Notes under the pieces: generated by a model
Told to the model about the DNA's origin: nothing
The model's input: the letters and a program-made list of their open reading frames with translations, nothing else
The model's database searches: none
Made by a program: the position numbers and the translations under genes
Assembly (NCBI GenBank): GCA_015060965.1
Contig: SUXN01000012.1
Location: forward strand, 10 to 64,009
From: Bacteroidales bacterium
GTDB taxonomy: Bacteria > Bacteroidota > Bacteroidia > Bacteroidales > Bacteroidaceae
Direction of reading: 5' to 3'
Length of the DNA stretch: 64,000 nt
Shown here: piece after piece, positions 9,484-18,227 of the stretch
Numbering within the stretch: the stretch's first letter is position 1
Layout of the letters: each line of letters begins with the position of its first letter

Positions 9484-9699
9484 ATGTTCAAGACTTTACT
9501 AATAACATTGTTAATAATTGCAATAAGTTTCGCACTGCTTGCAATAACAATAATAATCAAGAAGAACGGAAAGTTCCCCAACACGCACGTAGGAGGCAAC
9601 AGAGAGATGCGCAGGAGAGGGATCAAATGCGTCCAGTCTCAAGACAAGGATGCACGAAGGGATAACCCTATGAGAGTAAGCGAATCTTCAAATAAATGA
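9484..9699 (+). CDS. Small membrane protein (71 aa), unknown function
   Basis: N-terminal TM helix (LLITLLIIAISFALLAITIII) followed by a basic tail. Lies directly upstream of the OmpH-like gene. Confidence 0.5.
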   Translation: MFKTLLITLLIIAISFALLAITIIIKKNGKFPNTHVGGNREMRRRGIKCVQSQDKDARRDNPMRVSESSNK

Positions 9700-9746
9700 G
9701 ACTCGACACATAAGCCGGAAAGCACACAACAAACATTTAATAACAT

Positions 9747-10346
9747 ATGAGAAACATAAAACCACTACTCTTGACATTCTTTGCAGCAATGTGCATAATA
9801 TTATTCACCCAATGTGGCGGTGAGACAAAAGTACAGAATGGCACAAAAAGCAATTGCACCATAAATATCGACTCGATCAAAGGTCTGAAGATCGTATATG
9901 TAAACCTTGATACAATCATGTACCGTTACGAGTTTGCCCTTGACATAAACAAGGAGATGATAAGCAAGGAGGCAAGAATAAGCGCAACACTTGACGGCAA
10001 GCGCAAGAAACTGGAGGAGGAAATTGCAGACTTCGAATACCGGTGCAATGCAAAGTTGCTTGCAACAGAGGAACAGTTCATTGAAGAGCGCGACAAGATA
10101 ATAAAGAAAGAGCAGGAGTTTGTCAAACTGCGCGACGAACTTTACATGCAACTTGAGAGCGAGAATATGGCAAGAAGCAAAGAACTGCGCGATTCAATCA
10201 ACAGTTATATTCTCGAACATAACCAGACAAAGGGTTACGACTTTATATTGACAAAGATAGGCGACAACATACTGTATGCTAACAGCGCCCTTGATATCAC
10301 AATGGAAATTGTAGAGGGATTGAACAAACGCTACAACAAGAAATGA
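9747..10346 (+). CDS. OmpH/Skp-family periplasmic chaperone lipoprotein
   Basis: Lipobox (LFTQCGG), a coiled-coil-rich K/E sequence, and an OmpH-like C-terminal segment (YDFILTK...ILYAN). Confidence 0.8.
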   Translation: MRNIKPLLLTFFAAMCIILFTQCGGETKVQNGTKSNCTINIDSIKGLKIVYVNLDTIMYRYEFALDINKEMISKEARISATLDGKRKKLEEEIADFEYRCNAKLLATEEQFIEERDKIIKKEQEFVKLRDELYMQLESENMARSKELRDSINSYILEHNQTKGYDFILTKIGDNILYANSALDITMEIVEGLNKRYNKK

Positions 10347-10370
10347 ATCAGACGGACAACCGTTGTACTT

Positions 10371-10413
10371 GACACAAAACCGATAGCCAGGGTCTGGCTA
10401 TCGGTTTTGTGTC
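10371..10413. terminator. Bidirectional intrinsic terminator hairpin
   Basis: Perfect 19-bp stem (gacacaaaaccgatagcca / tggctatcggttttgtgtc) between convergent genes. Confidence 0.7.
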
Positions 10414-10488
10414 ATAATCAAGGTTTGTGTAAATGAGTATTTGCGGGCAAGCGTAACAACAAAACAGCTTCTTAGTCTGCCTCTTTTA

Positions 10489-12639
10489 TCATTTATCATT
10501 ATTAGGGAGATTTCCCTCACCAAACTCACTCTTTATTCTACGCATTGGAGAAGGTGGTGGTGGAAAACCATTACCACCCATTGCGGCACCGTCACCGGGG
10601 AACATACCATGAGGTGGAGGTGGGAAACCATTACCACCCATTGCGGCGCTGTCACCGGGGAACATACCATGAGGTGGAGGTGGCGGGAAACCATGACCAC
10701 CCATTGCAGCACTGTCGCCGGGGAACATACCATGAGGTGGAGGTGGCGGCATTCCGCCGACATTCTTTCCGGGTTCAAGAAGTGTTACATTGCCATTCCT
10801 ATCCACGACATTCACAAGGCCTTCAGGCTCAAAACGGACAGAAGAGACCTCCCCGTTTGGATGACCGCCCGTATATACTCCATTACAGACAAGCTCTCCA
10901 CTCTCAAGGGAATCGGAAATCACAAAAGAGTAAATTCCATCTTCATGCAACAGAGAAGACGCTACAACACTGGCTGCATCATGCATAGAACGCTGTACCT
11001 TATATGAGTACAGGACACGTCCTTCATCATCCAGCAGGCTCAAGAACTTGCCCTTTTCGGGATTGAACCCGCTCCAGGCAAAAACCGGAACAGAAGTCCT
11101 GTCACTCAAAGGTATTGCCGGCGACGGCCCCATAGAACCGCCCACTGAGAAGAGGACGCCACCTCTCACAGAAAAGAGCGAATAGTTGTCGACATCCACA
11201 CCCTGCTCAGGTGAGAAAGAGCCGTCCGCAATGACAAGACCGCCGTCAATACACATTTCTCCATTACTGTCTATGGCATCGTTCGCTACGGAATAGGCAT
11301 AAATCTTACCGCCTGCTACAAACAGGTTACCGGCATTGATTGCATCATCGTATGCATAGACATATAGCTTGCAATCACCGCTGACATGGAGGTCCTTCTT
11401 TGCCTCGACACCTTCGTTACGTTCACCCTCGCCAAAGACAAGGACCTCGACATTACCACCGGCAAGGTAAAGAGAGCCATCACTCTTGATACCTTTGGAC
11501 GATGTATGGGCATTTATATCAACAGGGTCATTGACATCACCGCCTTTTGTGACCACACTCACATTACCGCCTCTGACAACAATAATACTGTCACAGCTTA
11601 TACCTTTTGCTCCATCGCCCTCACTCCTGAAACCACAATTCCCGCCACTTATCTCAACCAGCCTGTCACTCTTTATACACGACGAGGAGCTGTAGTCACT
11701 CTTCTTACTATTGAACAACGCGTCACCACTGGTAACCACATTCATGTTGCCACCATTGAGACACAGATTTCCCGCAGTCTTTATACCGTCGGAGGCAGCA
11801 CCCGCCACAACCACATCAAGGTTGCCGCCTTGCTGGTAGAAGTTCACAGCCTGTACTCCATCCGCCTTGTCTTCCGAGGACGAGAGCAAGATTTTACCGC
11901 CGAACAGCACAAAATCTCCTTTCTTGCACTTTACGACATCTTTTGAAGAGCTGGCGCCGACGTTTCCTGAGCCAACCACAAACGAGCCGTTTGTAAGGAT
12001 CGCATTGTTAGGCGCACCCTGTATGAGAAGCTGCATACCATCAAGATAGAGCGTCCCTGTACAGAAGAGAGCGCTCCTGCGCCCCGCATTGACAGCAAGA
12101 TTACCGCCGCAAAGTACCGCTTGCCCCATTAACTTGACAGCGGCTGACTGATTGTCGGCCTTGACGCCATCAGAAAGGTCTGCAATACGGCAATTCCCCA
12201 GAGTACGCAGATAGATGACCTCTTCCGAAGAGACCTGCAACACATTCTTTCCAATTGCCGTTAGCGACAGGCTATCAAGCGTCACGAGCGGAGAGTGGCT
12301 GCTAACGATTGTCAATGAGGCATCAGACGAACTGCCGCTGACTATATACTCAACGCCCCGTATCTGGGAACGCAACACAATATCGGTTCCGTTAGTCTCA
12401 GCCGAGACACCCGAAGGTAAAGCTGAAATCTTGGCCTCTCCGCCAGAGAAAACAATCTCGACCTTATGAGCGTAAAGCGAGACATCGAGCTGCGGAATAT
12501 TGTAAACGGGGTATTCAACAGCATCAACCGGCAGCACATACGACACCTGAACAGAATCTGTCCGCTCGCCACCACAGGAGAACAAGAGCACCACCGGCAA
12601 CAATATACAAAAGTTCAAGAAACATTTTTTACTTCTCAT
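10489..12639 (-). CDS. Cthe_2159-like (PF14262-type) beta-helix carbohydrate-binding lipoprotein with C-terminal Pro/Gly/Met/His repeats
   Basis: Lipobox (LLFSCGG), repeated ..GGN..V...GDGI/DAIDSNG.. beta-helix rungs, and a C-terminal 3 x PPPPHGMFPGDxAAMGGxGF. Confidence 0.7.
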   Translation of the reverse strand: MRSKKCFLNFCILLPVVLLFSCGGERTDSVQVSYVLPVDAVEYPVYNIPQLDVSLYAHKVEIVFSGGEAKISALPSGVSAETNGTDIVLRSQIRGVEYIVSGSSSDASLTIVSSHSPLVTLDSLSLTAIGKNVLQVSSEEVIYLRTLGNCRIADLSDGVKADNQSAAVKLMGQAVLCGGNLAVNAGRRSALFCTGTLYLDGMQLLIQGAPNNAILTNGSFVVGSGNVGASSSKDVVKCKKGDFVLFGGKILLSSSEDKADGVQAVNFYQQGGNLDVVVAGAASDGIKTAGNLCLNGGNMNVVTSGDALFNSKKSDYSSSSCIKSDRLVEISGGNCGFRSEGDGAKGISCDSIIVVRGGNVSVVTKGGDVNDPVDINAHTSSKGIKSDGSLYLAGGNVEVLVFGEGERNEGVEAKKDLHVSGDCKLYVYAYDDAINAGNLFVAGGKIYAYSVANDAIDSNGEMCIDGGLVIADGSFSPEQGVDVDNYSLFSVRGGVLFSVGGSMGPSPAIPLSDRTSVPVFAWSGFNPEKGKFLSLLDDEGRVLYSYKVQRSMHDAASVVASSLLHEDGIYSFVISDSLESGELVCNGVYTGGHPNGEVSSVRFEPEGLVNVVDRNGNVTLLEPGKNVGGMPPPPPHGMFPGDSAAMGGHGFPPPPPHGMFPGDSAAMGGNGFPPPPHGMFPGDGAAMGGNGFPPPPSPMRRIKSEFGEGNLPNNDK
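10552..10750. repeat. Tandem 60/60/63-bp coding repeat
   Basis: Units at 10561-10620, 10621-10680 and 10681-10743 differ by only a few bases. They encode the Pro/Gly/Met/His repeat. Confidence 0.9.
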
Positions 12640-12750
12640 AGAACGGACATTTTACGCAAAAATATGCATTATTTTTATTATATGGTAAGATTTTTTACCG
12701 AAAATCCCAAAATCACATCAACACTCAATAAATAAAAATAAAACCCACAT

Positions 12751-12807
12751 ATATATAGACAAAAAGGTGGGACACCTTTGGAGTGTCCCACCTTTTTGTC
12801 TATATAT
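12751..12807. terminator. Perfect 25-bp-stem palindrome immediately after the aspA stop
   Basis: atatatagacaaaaaggtgggacac / gtgtcccacctttttgtctatatat with a 7-nt loop. Starts 1 nt after the stop codon at 12809-12811. Confidence 0.75.
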
Positions 12808-12808
12808 T

Positions 12809-14224
12809 TCAGAACTTCTTATGTGGCATCTTGTGAGGTGCAATCATATTCTCAGGACGGAGAAGCTCGTCAAGTTCTTCCTTAGAGAGGAGACCCTCCT
12901 CAAGAACGAGGTCATATACACTGCGGTTCTCCTTGAGAGCACGTTTAGCGACCTTTGCACTGTTCTCGTATCCAAGTACAGGGTTAAGGGCTGTAACAAT
13001 ACCGATACTGCCCAGAACCAACTCCTTACAGTGTCCCTCATTGGCTGTAATGCCATCAACACAGAGGACACGCAGACGTGTCAGACCACGCAGGAGCATA
13101 CGGATAGAAGAGATAATAGCGTGAACAATCACAGGCTCCATAACGTTGAGCTGCAACTGACCGGCCTCGGCTGCGAAAGTAACAGTAAGGTCATTACCGA
13201 TAACACGGAAACAGATCTGGTTAACTACCTCAGGGATAACAGGATTGACCTTACCCGGCATGATACTTGAGCCCGGCTGCATCGGAGGCAGATTGATCTC
13301 GTTGAGACCACAACGTGGACCACTTGACAACAGACGCAAGTCGTTACATACCTTAGAAAGCTTTACTGCAAGGCGCTTCAAGGCAGAAGAGTACATTACA
13401 GAAGAACCTGCATCAGGAGTAGCCTCGACAAGGTTACCCGCAAGCACGAACTCCTTACCTGAAATGACACGCAGGGCATCGACGCAAGCCTGGGCATATC
13501 CCGGCTCGGTATTGATACCGGTACCGATAGCAGTTGCACCCATATTTACCTCAAGGAACAGGCGTGCCATCTCGTTAAGTCGGCTTACCTCCTCTTCAAG
13601 AGTAACAGCAAATGCCTCGAACTCCTGACCCAATGTCATTGGCACAGCATCCTGCAACTGTGTACGTCCCATCTTGAGGACATTCACAAATTCCTTACCC
13701 TTCGCACGGAAAGCCTTAACAAGGCATTTCAATTCACGCACAAGATCCTCATTGTGGAGGATAAAACAGAGCTTGAAAGCTGTGGGGTAAGCGTCGTTTG
13801 TTGACTGGGAGAGGTTCACATGGTCATTGGGGTGGCAATACTGATACTCACCCTTGTTATGACCGAGAATCTCAAGTGCACGGTTAGCTACAACCTCATT
13901 GATGTTCATATTGGTTGATGTTCCTGCACCACCCTGGATGAGGTCAACCGGGAACTGATCAATAAAAGCACCCTCGATAATCTCTTCACAAGCCTTCTTG
14001 ATGGCAACACCAATCTCCTCGTCAAGAGTGCCGAGTGACATGTTGGCATGGGCAGCAGCCCACTTTACCATTGCAAGAGCCTTTACATAGTAAGGATGGT
14101 CACCGATTGTGATACCGCTGATATCCTTGAAATTAACCATAGCGCGCAGAGTCTGTACGCCATAATACGCATCGGCAGGGACTTGAATCTCGCCTAAAGA
14201 ATCATGTTCAAGACGTGTTTTCAT
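12809..14224 (-). CDS. aspA: Aspartate ammonia-lyase
   Basis: GSSIMPGKVNPVIPEVVNQ signature (PV(I/V)PE as in AspA, not the TQ of FumC), plus VPADAYYGVQTLRA and QSTNDAYPT. Confidence 0.9.
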   Translation of the reverse strand: MKTRLEHDSLGEIQVPADAYYGVQTLRAMVNFKDISGITIGDHPYYVKALAMVKWAAAHANMSLGTLDEEIGVAIKKACEEIIEGAFIDQFPVDLIQGGAGTSTNMNINEVVANRALEILGHNKGEYQYCHPNDHVNLSQSTNDAYPTAFKLCFILHNEDLVRELKCLVKAFRAKGKEFVNVLKMGRTQLQDAVPMTLGQEFEAFAVTLEEEVSRLNEMARLFLEVNMGATAIGTGINTEPGYAQACVDALRVISGKEFVLAGNLVEATPDAGSSVMYSSALKRLAVKLSKVCNDLRLLSSGPRCGLNEINLPPMQPGSSIMPGKVNPVIPEVVNQICFRVIGNDLTVTFAAEAGQLQLNVMEPVIVHAIISSIRMLLRGLTRLRVLCVDGITANEGHCKELVLGSIGIVTALNPVLGYENSAKVAKRALKENRSVYDLVLEEGLLSKEELDELLRPENMIAPHKMPHKKF

Positions 14225-14386
14225 TATACTATTATTTTTGAAAATGTACCTTTTCTAATATTAATAGAGGAAAGGGGATAATTGTTCACTCTTGGCTCTA
14301 TTGATATGCGAAGATATAAATTAAAAACGTGAACAAAGAATTTAAACCGTTTATTTTTCAAAAATGACACATTTTAAAAAAGCAAC

Positions 14387-14412
14387 AAAAAAAAGGAGAA
14401 CTTTCGTTCTCC
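14387..14412 (-). terminator. Intrinsic terminator after initiator tRNA
   Basis: On the minus strand, GGAGAAC-gaaa-GTTCTCC is followed by an 8-nt U run. Confidence 0.75.
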
Positions 14413-14418
14413 TTAAAG

Positions 14419-14490
14419 TAGCGGGGGAAGGGATCGAACCTCCGGCCTTTGGGTTATGAGCCCAACGAGCTACCACTGCTCCACCCCGCG
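14419..14490 (-). tRNA. Initiator tRNA-fMet (anticodon CAU)
   Basis: Reverse complement begins CGCGGGGTGGAGCAGTGGTAGCTCGTTGGGCTCATAACCCAA. It has an unpaired 1-72 pair (C1/U72) and three G-C pairs closing the anticodon stem, both hallmarks of bacterial initiator tRNA. Confidence 0.9.
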
Positions 14491-14625
14491 ATGCGGTTTT
14501 TAAAACTGATGCAAAAGTACACCAAAAAACATTACGCTCCAAATTTTCGGGCAACTTTTTCTCAAAAAAGTTCATTTTACAAGTTTTTTAACACAAATTC
14601 AATTGCACAAACACATCGTTTTGTG

Positions 14626-14633
14626 TAATTTTG
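14626..14633 (+). promoter_or_regulatory. -7 promoter box (TAATTTTG)
   Basis: TAnnTTTG match 15 nt upstream of the ATG at 14648. Supports the shorter TetR start. Confidence 0.45.
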
Positions 14634-14647
14634 CAACAAATTCAACA

Positions 14648-15250
14648 ATGACAATGTCAAACATCGAAACCAGAGAACTCATAATCAGGGTAGCCAGAAA
14701 GCTCTTTGCGCAGCAAGGTATCGGGAACATCACCATGTCCGACGTTGCCAAGGCCGCAAACAAGAGCCGCCGTACAGTCTATACCTACTTCCAAAGCAAG
14801 GAAGAGCTGCTTGAGGCATCAATAGAGATGGAGGTAAAGAAAATCTCCACGGCAATCACCAAGGTTGCAATGTCAGACCTTACCCCGGACAAGAAGATTG
14901 TAAAACTGATATTCGTCCGCTTGCAGGCGACACGCAGCATCGTACGCCGCAACAGTTGCCTTCACTCCGACTACATTCTTATTGTAGAGCACATACGGAA
15001 AAGTTTCGACACAAAGGAGATTGCACTTTTCCGCCGCGTGATAGAAGAGGGAAAGCAGAAGGGTATCTTCAACACCGAAAGCCCCGACCTTGCCGCAAGA
15101 TTCCTGCATTTCTGTCTCAAGGGAATCGAGATGCCGTTCATCAGCGGCATAATGAACAAGAACAACGATGATGAGTTTGTCAGGGAGTTCACAAAGAAAG
15201 TCATCCTCAGCGCACTCGAATACACAGGAAAAAACACGGACCAGCAATGA
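14648..15250 (+). CDS. TetR/AcrR-family transcriptional regulator
   Basis: N-terminal HTH (RELIIRVARKLFAQQGIGNITMSDVAKAANKSRRTVYTYFQSKEELL). Confidence 0.85.
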   Translation: MTMSNIETRELIIRVARKLFAQQGIGNITMSDVAKAANKSRRTVYTYFQSKEELLEASIEMEVKKISTAITKVAMSDLTPDKKIVKLIFVRLQATRSIVRRNSCLHSDYILIVEHIRKSFDTKEIALFRRVIEEGKQKGIFNTESPDLAARFLHFCLKGIEMPFISGIMNKNNDDEFVREFTKKVILSALEYTGKNTDQQ

Positions 15251-15915
15251 ATGTACTTTACGAGGACAACCACATAATTGTCATAAACAAGGCTGCCGGT
15301 GAGATTGTACAGGGTGACAAGACCGGAGACAAATCGTTGTGCGACACAATGAAACAATACATAAAGGAGAAATACGCAAAGCCCGGCAATGTATTCATCG
15401 GACTGCCCCACCGTCTCGACCGCCCCGTGAGCGGAGTCGTTGTGTTCGCAAAGACAAGCAAAGCTCTTGAGAGGTTGAACAACATGTTCCGCGACGGAAA
15501 TGTAAAAAAAATCTACTGGGCAATAACCAAAGGCCGGCCGATGCCCGCAGAGGGAGAGATAAGCAGCTGGATTCTCAGGAACGAGAAGATGAACAAGAGT
15601 TTCTCATACCCCAAAGAGGTAAAAGGGAGCAAACATGCGCTCCTATACTACCGTCACATTGCCGCATCGCAGAACTACAACCTTGTAGAGGTGGAGCTGA
15701 AGACAGGACGCCACCACCAGATACGTTGTCAATTGGCATCAATCGGATGTCCTATCAAGGGAGACCTCAAATACGGTGCACAGCGCTCTAACCCCGACGG
15801 AAGCATCTCCTTGCATGCCAGATATATCGAGTTCATACACCCCGTATCAAAAGAGTTCATTCAGGTTACAGCCCCACTGCCAAACGACAGGCTTTGGAAA
15901 AGTTTCGGGGAGTAA
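15247..15915 (+). CDS. RluA-family pseudouridine synthase (no S4 domain)
   Basis: HRLDRPVSGVVVFAKT catalytic motif. The ATG overlaps the TetR stop (ATGA). Confidence 0.85.
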   Translation: MNVLYEDNHIIVINKAAGEIVQGDKTGDKSLCDTMKQYIKEKYAKPGNVFIGLPHRLDRPVSGVVVFAKTSKALERLNNMFRDGNVKKIYWAITKGRPMPAEGEISSWILRNEKMNKSFSYPKEVKGSKHALLYYRHIAASQNYNLVEVELKTGRHHQIRCQLASIGCPIKGDLKYGAQRSNPDGSISLHARYIEFIHPVSKEFIQVTAPLPNDRLWKSFGE

Positions 15916-15940
15916 TTAAAAGAATACATAAATAAGAAAA

Positions 15941-15970
15941 ACAATCAGACCATTCGGCCTGATTGTTTTT
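15941..15970. terminator. Terminator hairpin between convergent genes
   Basis: acaatcag / ctgattgt stem followed by TTTTT. Confidence 0.6.
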
Positions 15971-15983
15971 CTTGTATGTGGCA

Positions 15984-16157
15984 TTAGCCAACCACCTTTG
16001 GCGGCGCTGCAAACGCAAACACAATCAAAGAGATGAATGCGATTGCAACGACAATGATAGCAATATTCTTCAACATCTTTCGCTGCTTGATTGCAGCCTT
16101 GCGCTTGCGGTCCTTCTCAATGCGGCCGGCGCTCTTGTGTCTTGGTTTATTTGCCAT
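15984..16157 (-). CDS. Small ORF (57 aa, below ORF-track cutoff): basic N-terminus plus one TM helix
   Basis: Hand translation gives [57 protein letters not shown]. Its ATG overlaps the aspS stop (ATGGCAAATAA), and a terminator follows. Confidence 0.4.
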   Translation of the reverse strand: MANKPRHKSAGRIEKDRKRKAAIKQRKMLKNIAIIVVAIAFISLIVFAFAAPPKVVG

Positions 16158-17910
16158 CTTTCAAATCTACTACAATATTCAACTCGTCAAGCTGCGCCTG
16201 CTCCAGGACCGAAGGAGCGTCAATCATTGTATCACGGCCTGAATTGTTCTTCGGGAACGCAATGCAGTCACGGATTGAGTCAAGACCGGCGAAGAGACTT
16301 ACCCAACGGTCAAGGCCGTATGCAAGACCACCGTGAGGAGGTGCACCATACTTGAACGCGTCGAGCAACCAACCGAACTGCTGCTGTGCACGCTCGGGAG
16401 TGAAGCCGAGGAGCTCGAACATCTTGTTCTGGAGCTCGCTGTCATAGATACGGATAGAACCGCCACCGACCTCAACACCGTTGATGACCATATCGTATGC
16501 ATTTGCACGAACGGCACCCATATCAGTGTCGAGCAAAGGAATATCCTCGGGCTTAGGAGAGGTAAACGGATGGTGCATTGCCATATAACGGCCCTCTTCC
16601 TCGCTGTACTCGAAGAGTGGGAAGTCAACAACCCACAGACAAGAGAACTTGTTCTTGTCGCGCAGACCAAGCTGACTGCCGACCTCAAGACGGAGCTCGC
16701 AGAGCTGCTTGCGTGTTTTCATTGTGTCATCACCGCTGAGGATGAGGATGAGGTCACCCGGCTCTGCATTGAAAGCCGCCTTCATTGCCTGGAACACATC
16801 CTGTGTATAGAATTTGTCAACGCTTGACTTCACTGTACCGTCGGCCTCCACACGTGCATAGACCATACCCTTTGCACCAATCTGAGGACGGCGAACAAAG
16901 TCGGTGAGCGCATCGAGCTGCTTGCGGGTATATGTAGCGGCACCCTTCGCGCAGATACCGCCGATATACTCGGCGCTGTCAAAGACACCGAAGCCGTAGC
17001 CCTTCATTATATCCATGAGTTCAACGAACTCCATGCCGAAACGTGTATCGGGCTTGTCGCTACCATAGTATTTCATTGCATCATGCCATGTCATACGCGG
17101 GAACTGCTCTGTGAGCTCTACGCCACGTATGGTCTTGAAGAGGTGCTTTGCCATACCCTCGAAGAGAGAGATTACATCCTCCTGCTCCACAAAACTCATC
17201 TCGCAGTCAATCTGAGTAAACTCGGGCTGACGGTCGGCACGCAAGTCCTCGTCACGGAAACACTTCACAATCTGGAAGTAACGGTCGAAGCCTGATACCA
17301 TAAGAAGCTGTTTGAAGAGCTGCGGGCTCTGCGGAAGAGCATAGAACTGGCCCGGATTCATTCGCGATGGGACAACAAAGTCACGCGCACCCTCGGGAGT
17401 TGAAGCGATAAGCATCGGGGTCTCAACCTCAATGAAATTCATTGAATCGAGGTAACGGCGCACCTCCATCGTCATCTGGTGACGAAGCTCGAGGTTCTTG
17501 CGTACCGCCTCACGACGGAGGTCGAGATAACGGTATTTCATACGGATATCATCGCCGCCGTCGGTGTTGTTCTCAATTGTAAAAGGAGGGGTAGCAGCCT
17601 CGTTGAGCACGTTGAGCTCGCTCACAATGATTTCGATATCACCTGTAGGGATATTCGCATTCTTGCTCTGACGCTCGCTCACCACACCTGTTGCCTGGAT
17701 TACATACTCGCGTCCCAGATGCGAAGCCTTCTCGCACAACTCGGCATTCACATCCTCGCTGAACACCAGCTGTGTAACACCATAACGGTCGCGCAAGTCG
17801 ACAAAAGTCATACCACCCATCTTGCGGGCACGCTGTACCCAACCGCTGAGTGTCACAGTTGTATTTACATCGGCCAACCTAAGTTCGCCACAAGTCTTTG
17901 TCCTGAACAT
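16147..17910 (-). CDS. aspS: Aspartate--tRNA ligase
   Basis: 587 aa class II aaRS with an OB-fold N-terminus ([26 protein letters not shown]), [16 protein letters not shown] and GGGSIRI motifs. Confidence 0.95.
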   Translation of the reverse strand: MFRTKTCGELRLADVNTTVTLSGWVQRARKMGGMTFVDLRDRYGVTQLVFSEDVNAELCEKASHLGREYVIQATGVVSERQSKNANIPTGDIEIIVSELNVLNEAATPPFTIENNTDGGDDIRMKYRYLDLRREAVRKNLELRHQMTMEVRRYLDSMNFIEVETPMLIASTPEGARDFVVPSRMNPGQFYALPQSPQLFKQLLMVSGFDRYFQIVKCFRDEDLRADRQPEFTQIDCEMSFVEQEDVISLFEGMAKHLFKTIRGVELTEQFPRMTWHDAMKYYGSDKPDTRFGMEFVELMDIMKGYGFGVFDSAEYIGGICAKGAATYTRKQLDALTDFVRRPQIGAKGMVYARVEADGTVKSSVDKFYTQDVFQAMKAAFNAEPGDLILILSGDDTMKTRKQLCELRLEVGSQLGLRDKNKFSCLWVVDFPLFEYSEEEGRYMAMHHPFTSPKPEDIPLLDTDMGAVRANAYDMVINGVEVGGGSIRIYDSELQNKMFELLGFTPERAQQQFGWLLDAFKYGAPPHGGLAYGLDRWVSLFAGLDSIRDCIAFPKNNSGRDTMIDAPSVLEQAQLDELNIVVDLKDGK

Positions 17911-17947
17911 TTTATATTATAATTTTAATGATTATCAAAAATTCATG

Positions 17948-17955
17948 CAAAAATA
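17948..17955 (-). promoter_or_regulatory. -7 promoter box (TATTTTTG on minus strand)
   Basis: TAnnTTTG match 38 nt upstream of the aspS ATG. Confidence 0.4.
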
Positions 17956-18097
17956 AGCAATTATCGTAATAGTAGAAAAGAAACGGGAAACTTATTCTGC
18001 CAAAAAGTACTGTACAAGCGGAAAAGTACGCCTCCAGAAAGCAATTTGGCAGAAATTGTTCAATACGACAGCATATTTTTTGAATATTTTAATAGTT

Positions 18098-18112
18098 TGG
18101 CACACTTTTTGT
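18098..18112 (+). promoter_or_regulatory. Sigma-54-like -24/-12 element (TGGCAC-N5-TTGT)
   Basis: TGGCACactttTTGT has exact consensus spacing, but the -12 element is GT instead of GC. Lies about 115 nt upstream of clpC. Confidence 0.25.
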
Positions 18113-18227
18113 AAGAAAGATTATGTAAAAATAGTGCATAAAGCTCTTTTTTATACACTATCTTCGCAAAAGATTTAAACAAGAACAGACAACTAAGAAG
18201 ATTCACAATTAATACAGAGAAGAAAAG

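Noticed and set aside
10441-11007. 188-aa + strand ORF with repeated HCGxVTGEHTMRWRW units
   Set aside because: It is the antisense reading of the tandem repeat that encodes the Pro/Gly/Met/His tail of the minus-strand lipoprotein. The minus-strand frame is continuous with a 716-aa protein that has a lipobox and recognisable beta-helix repeats.
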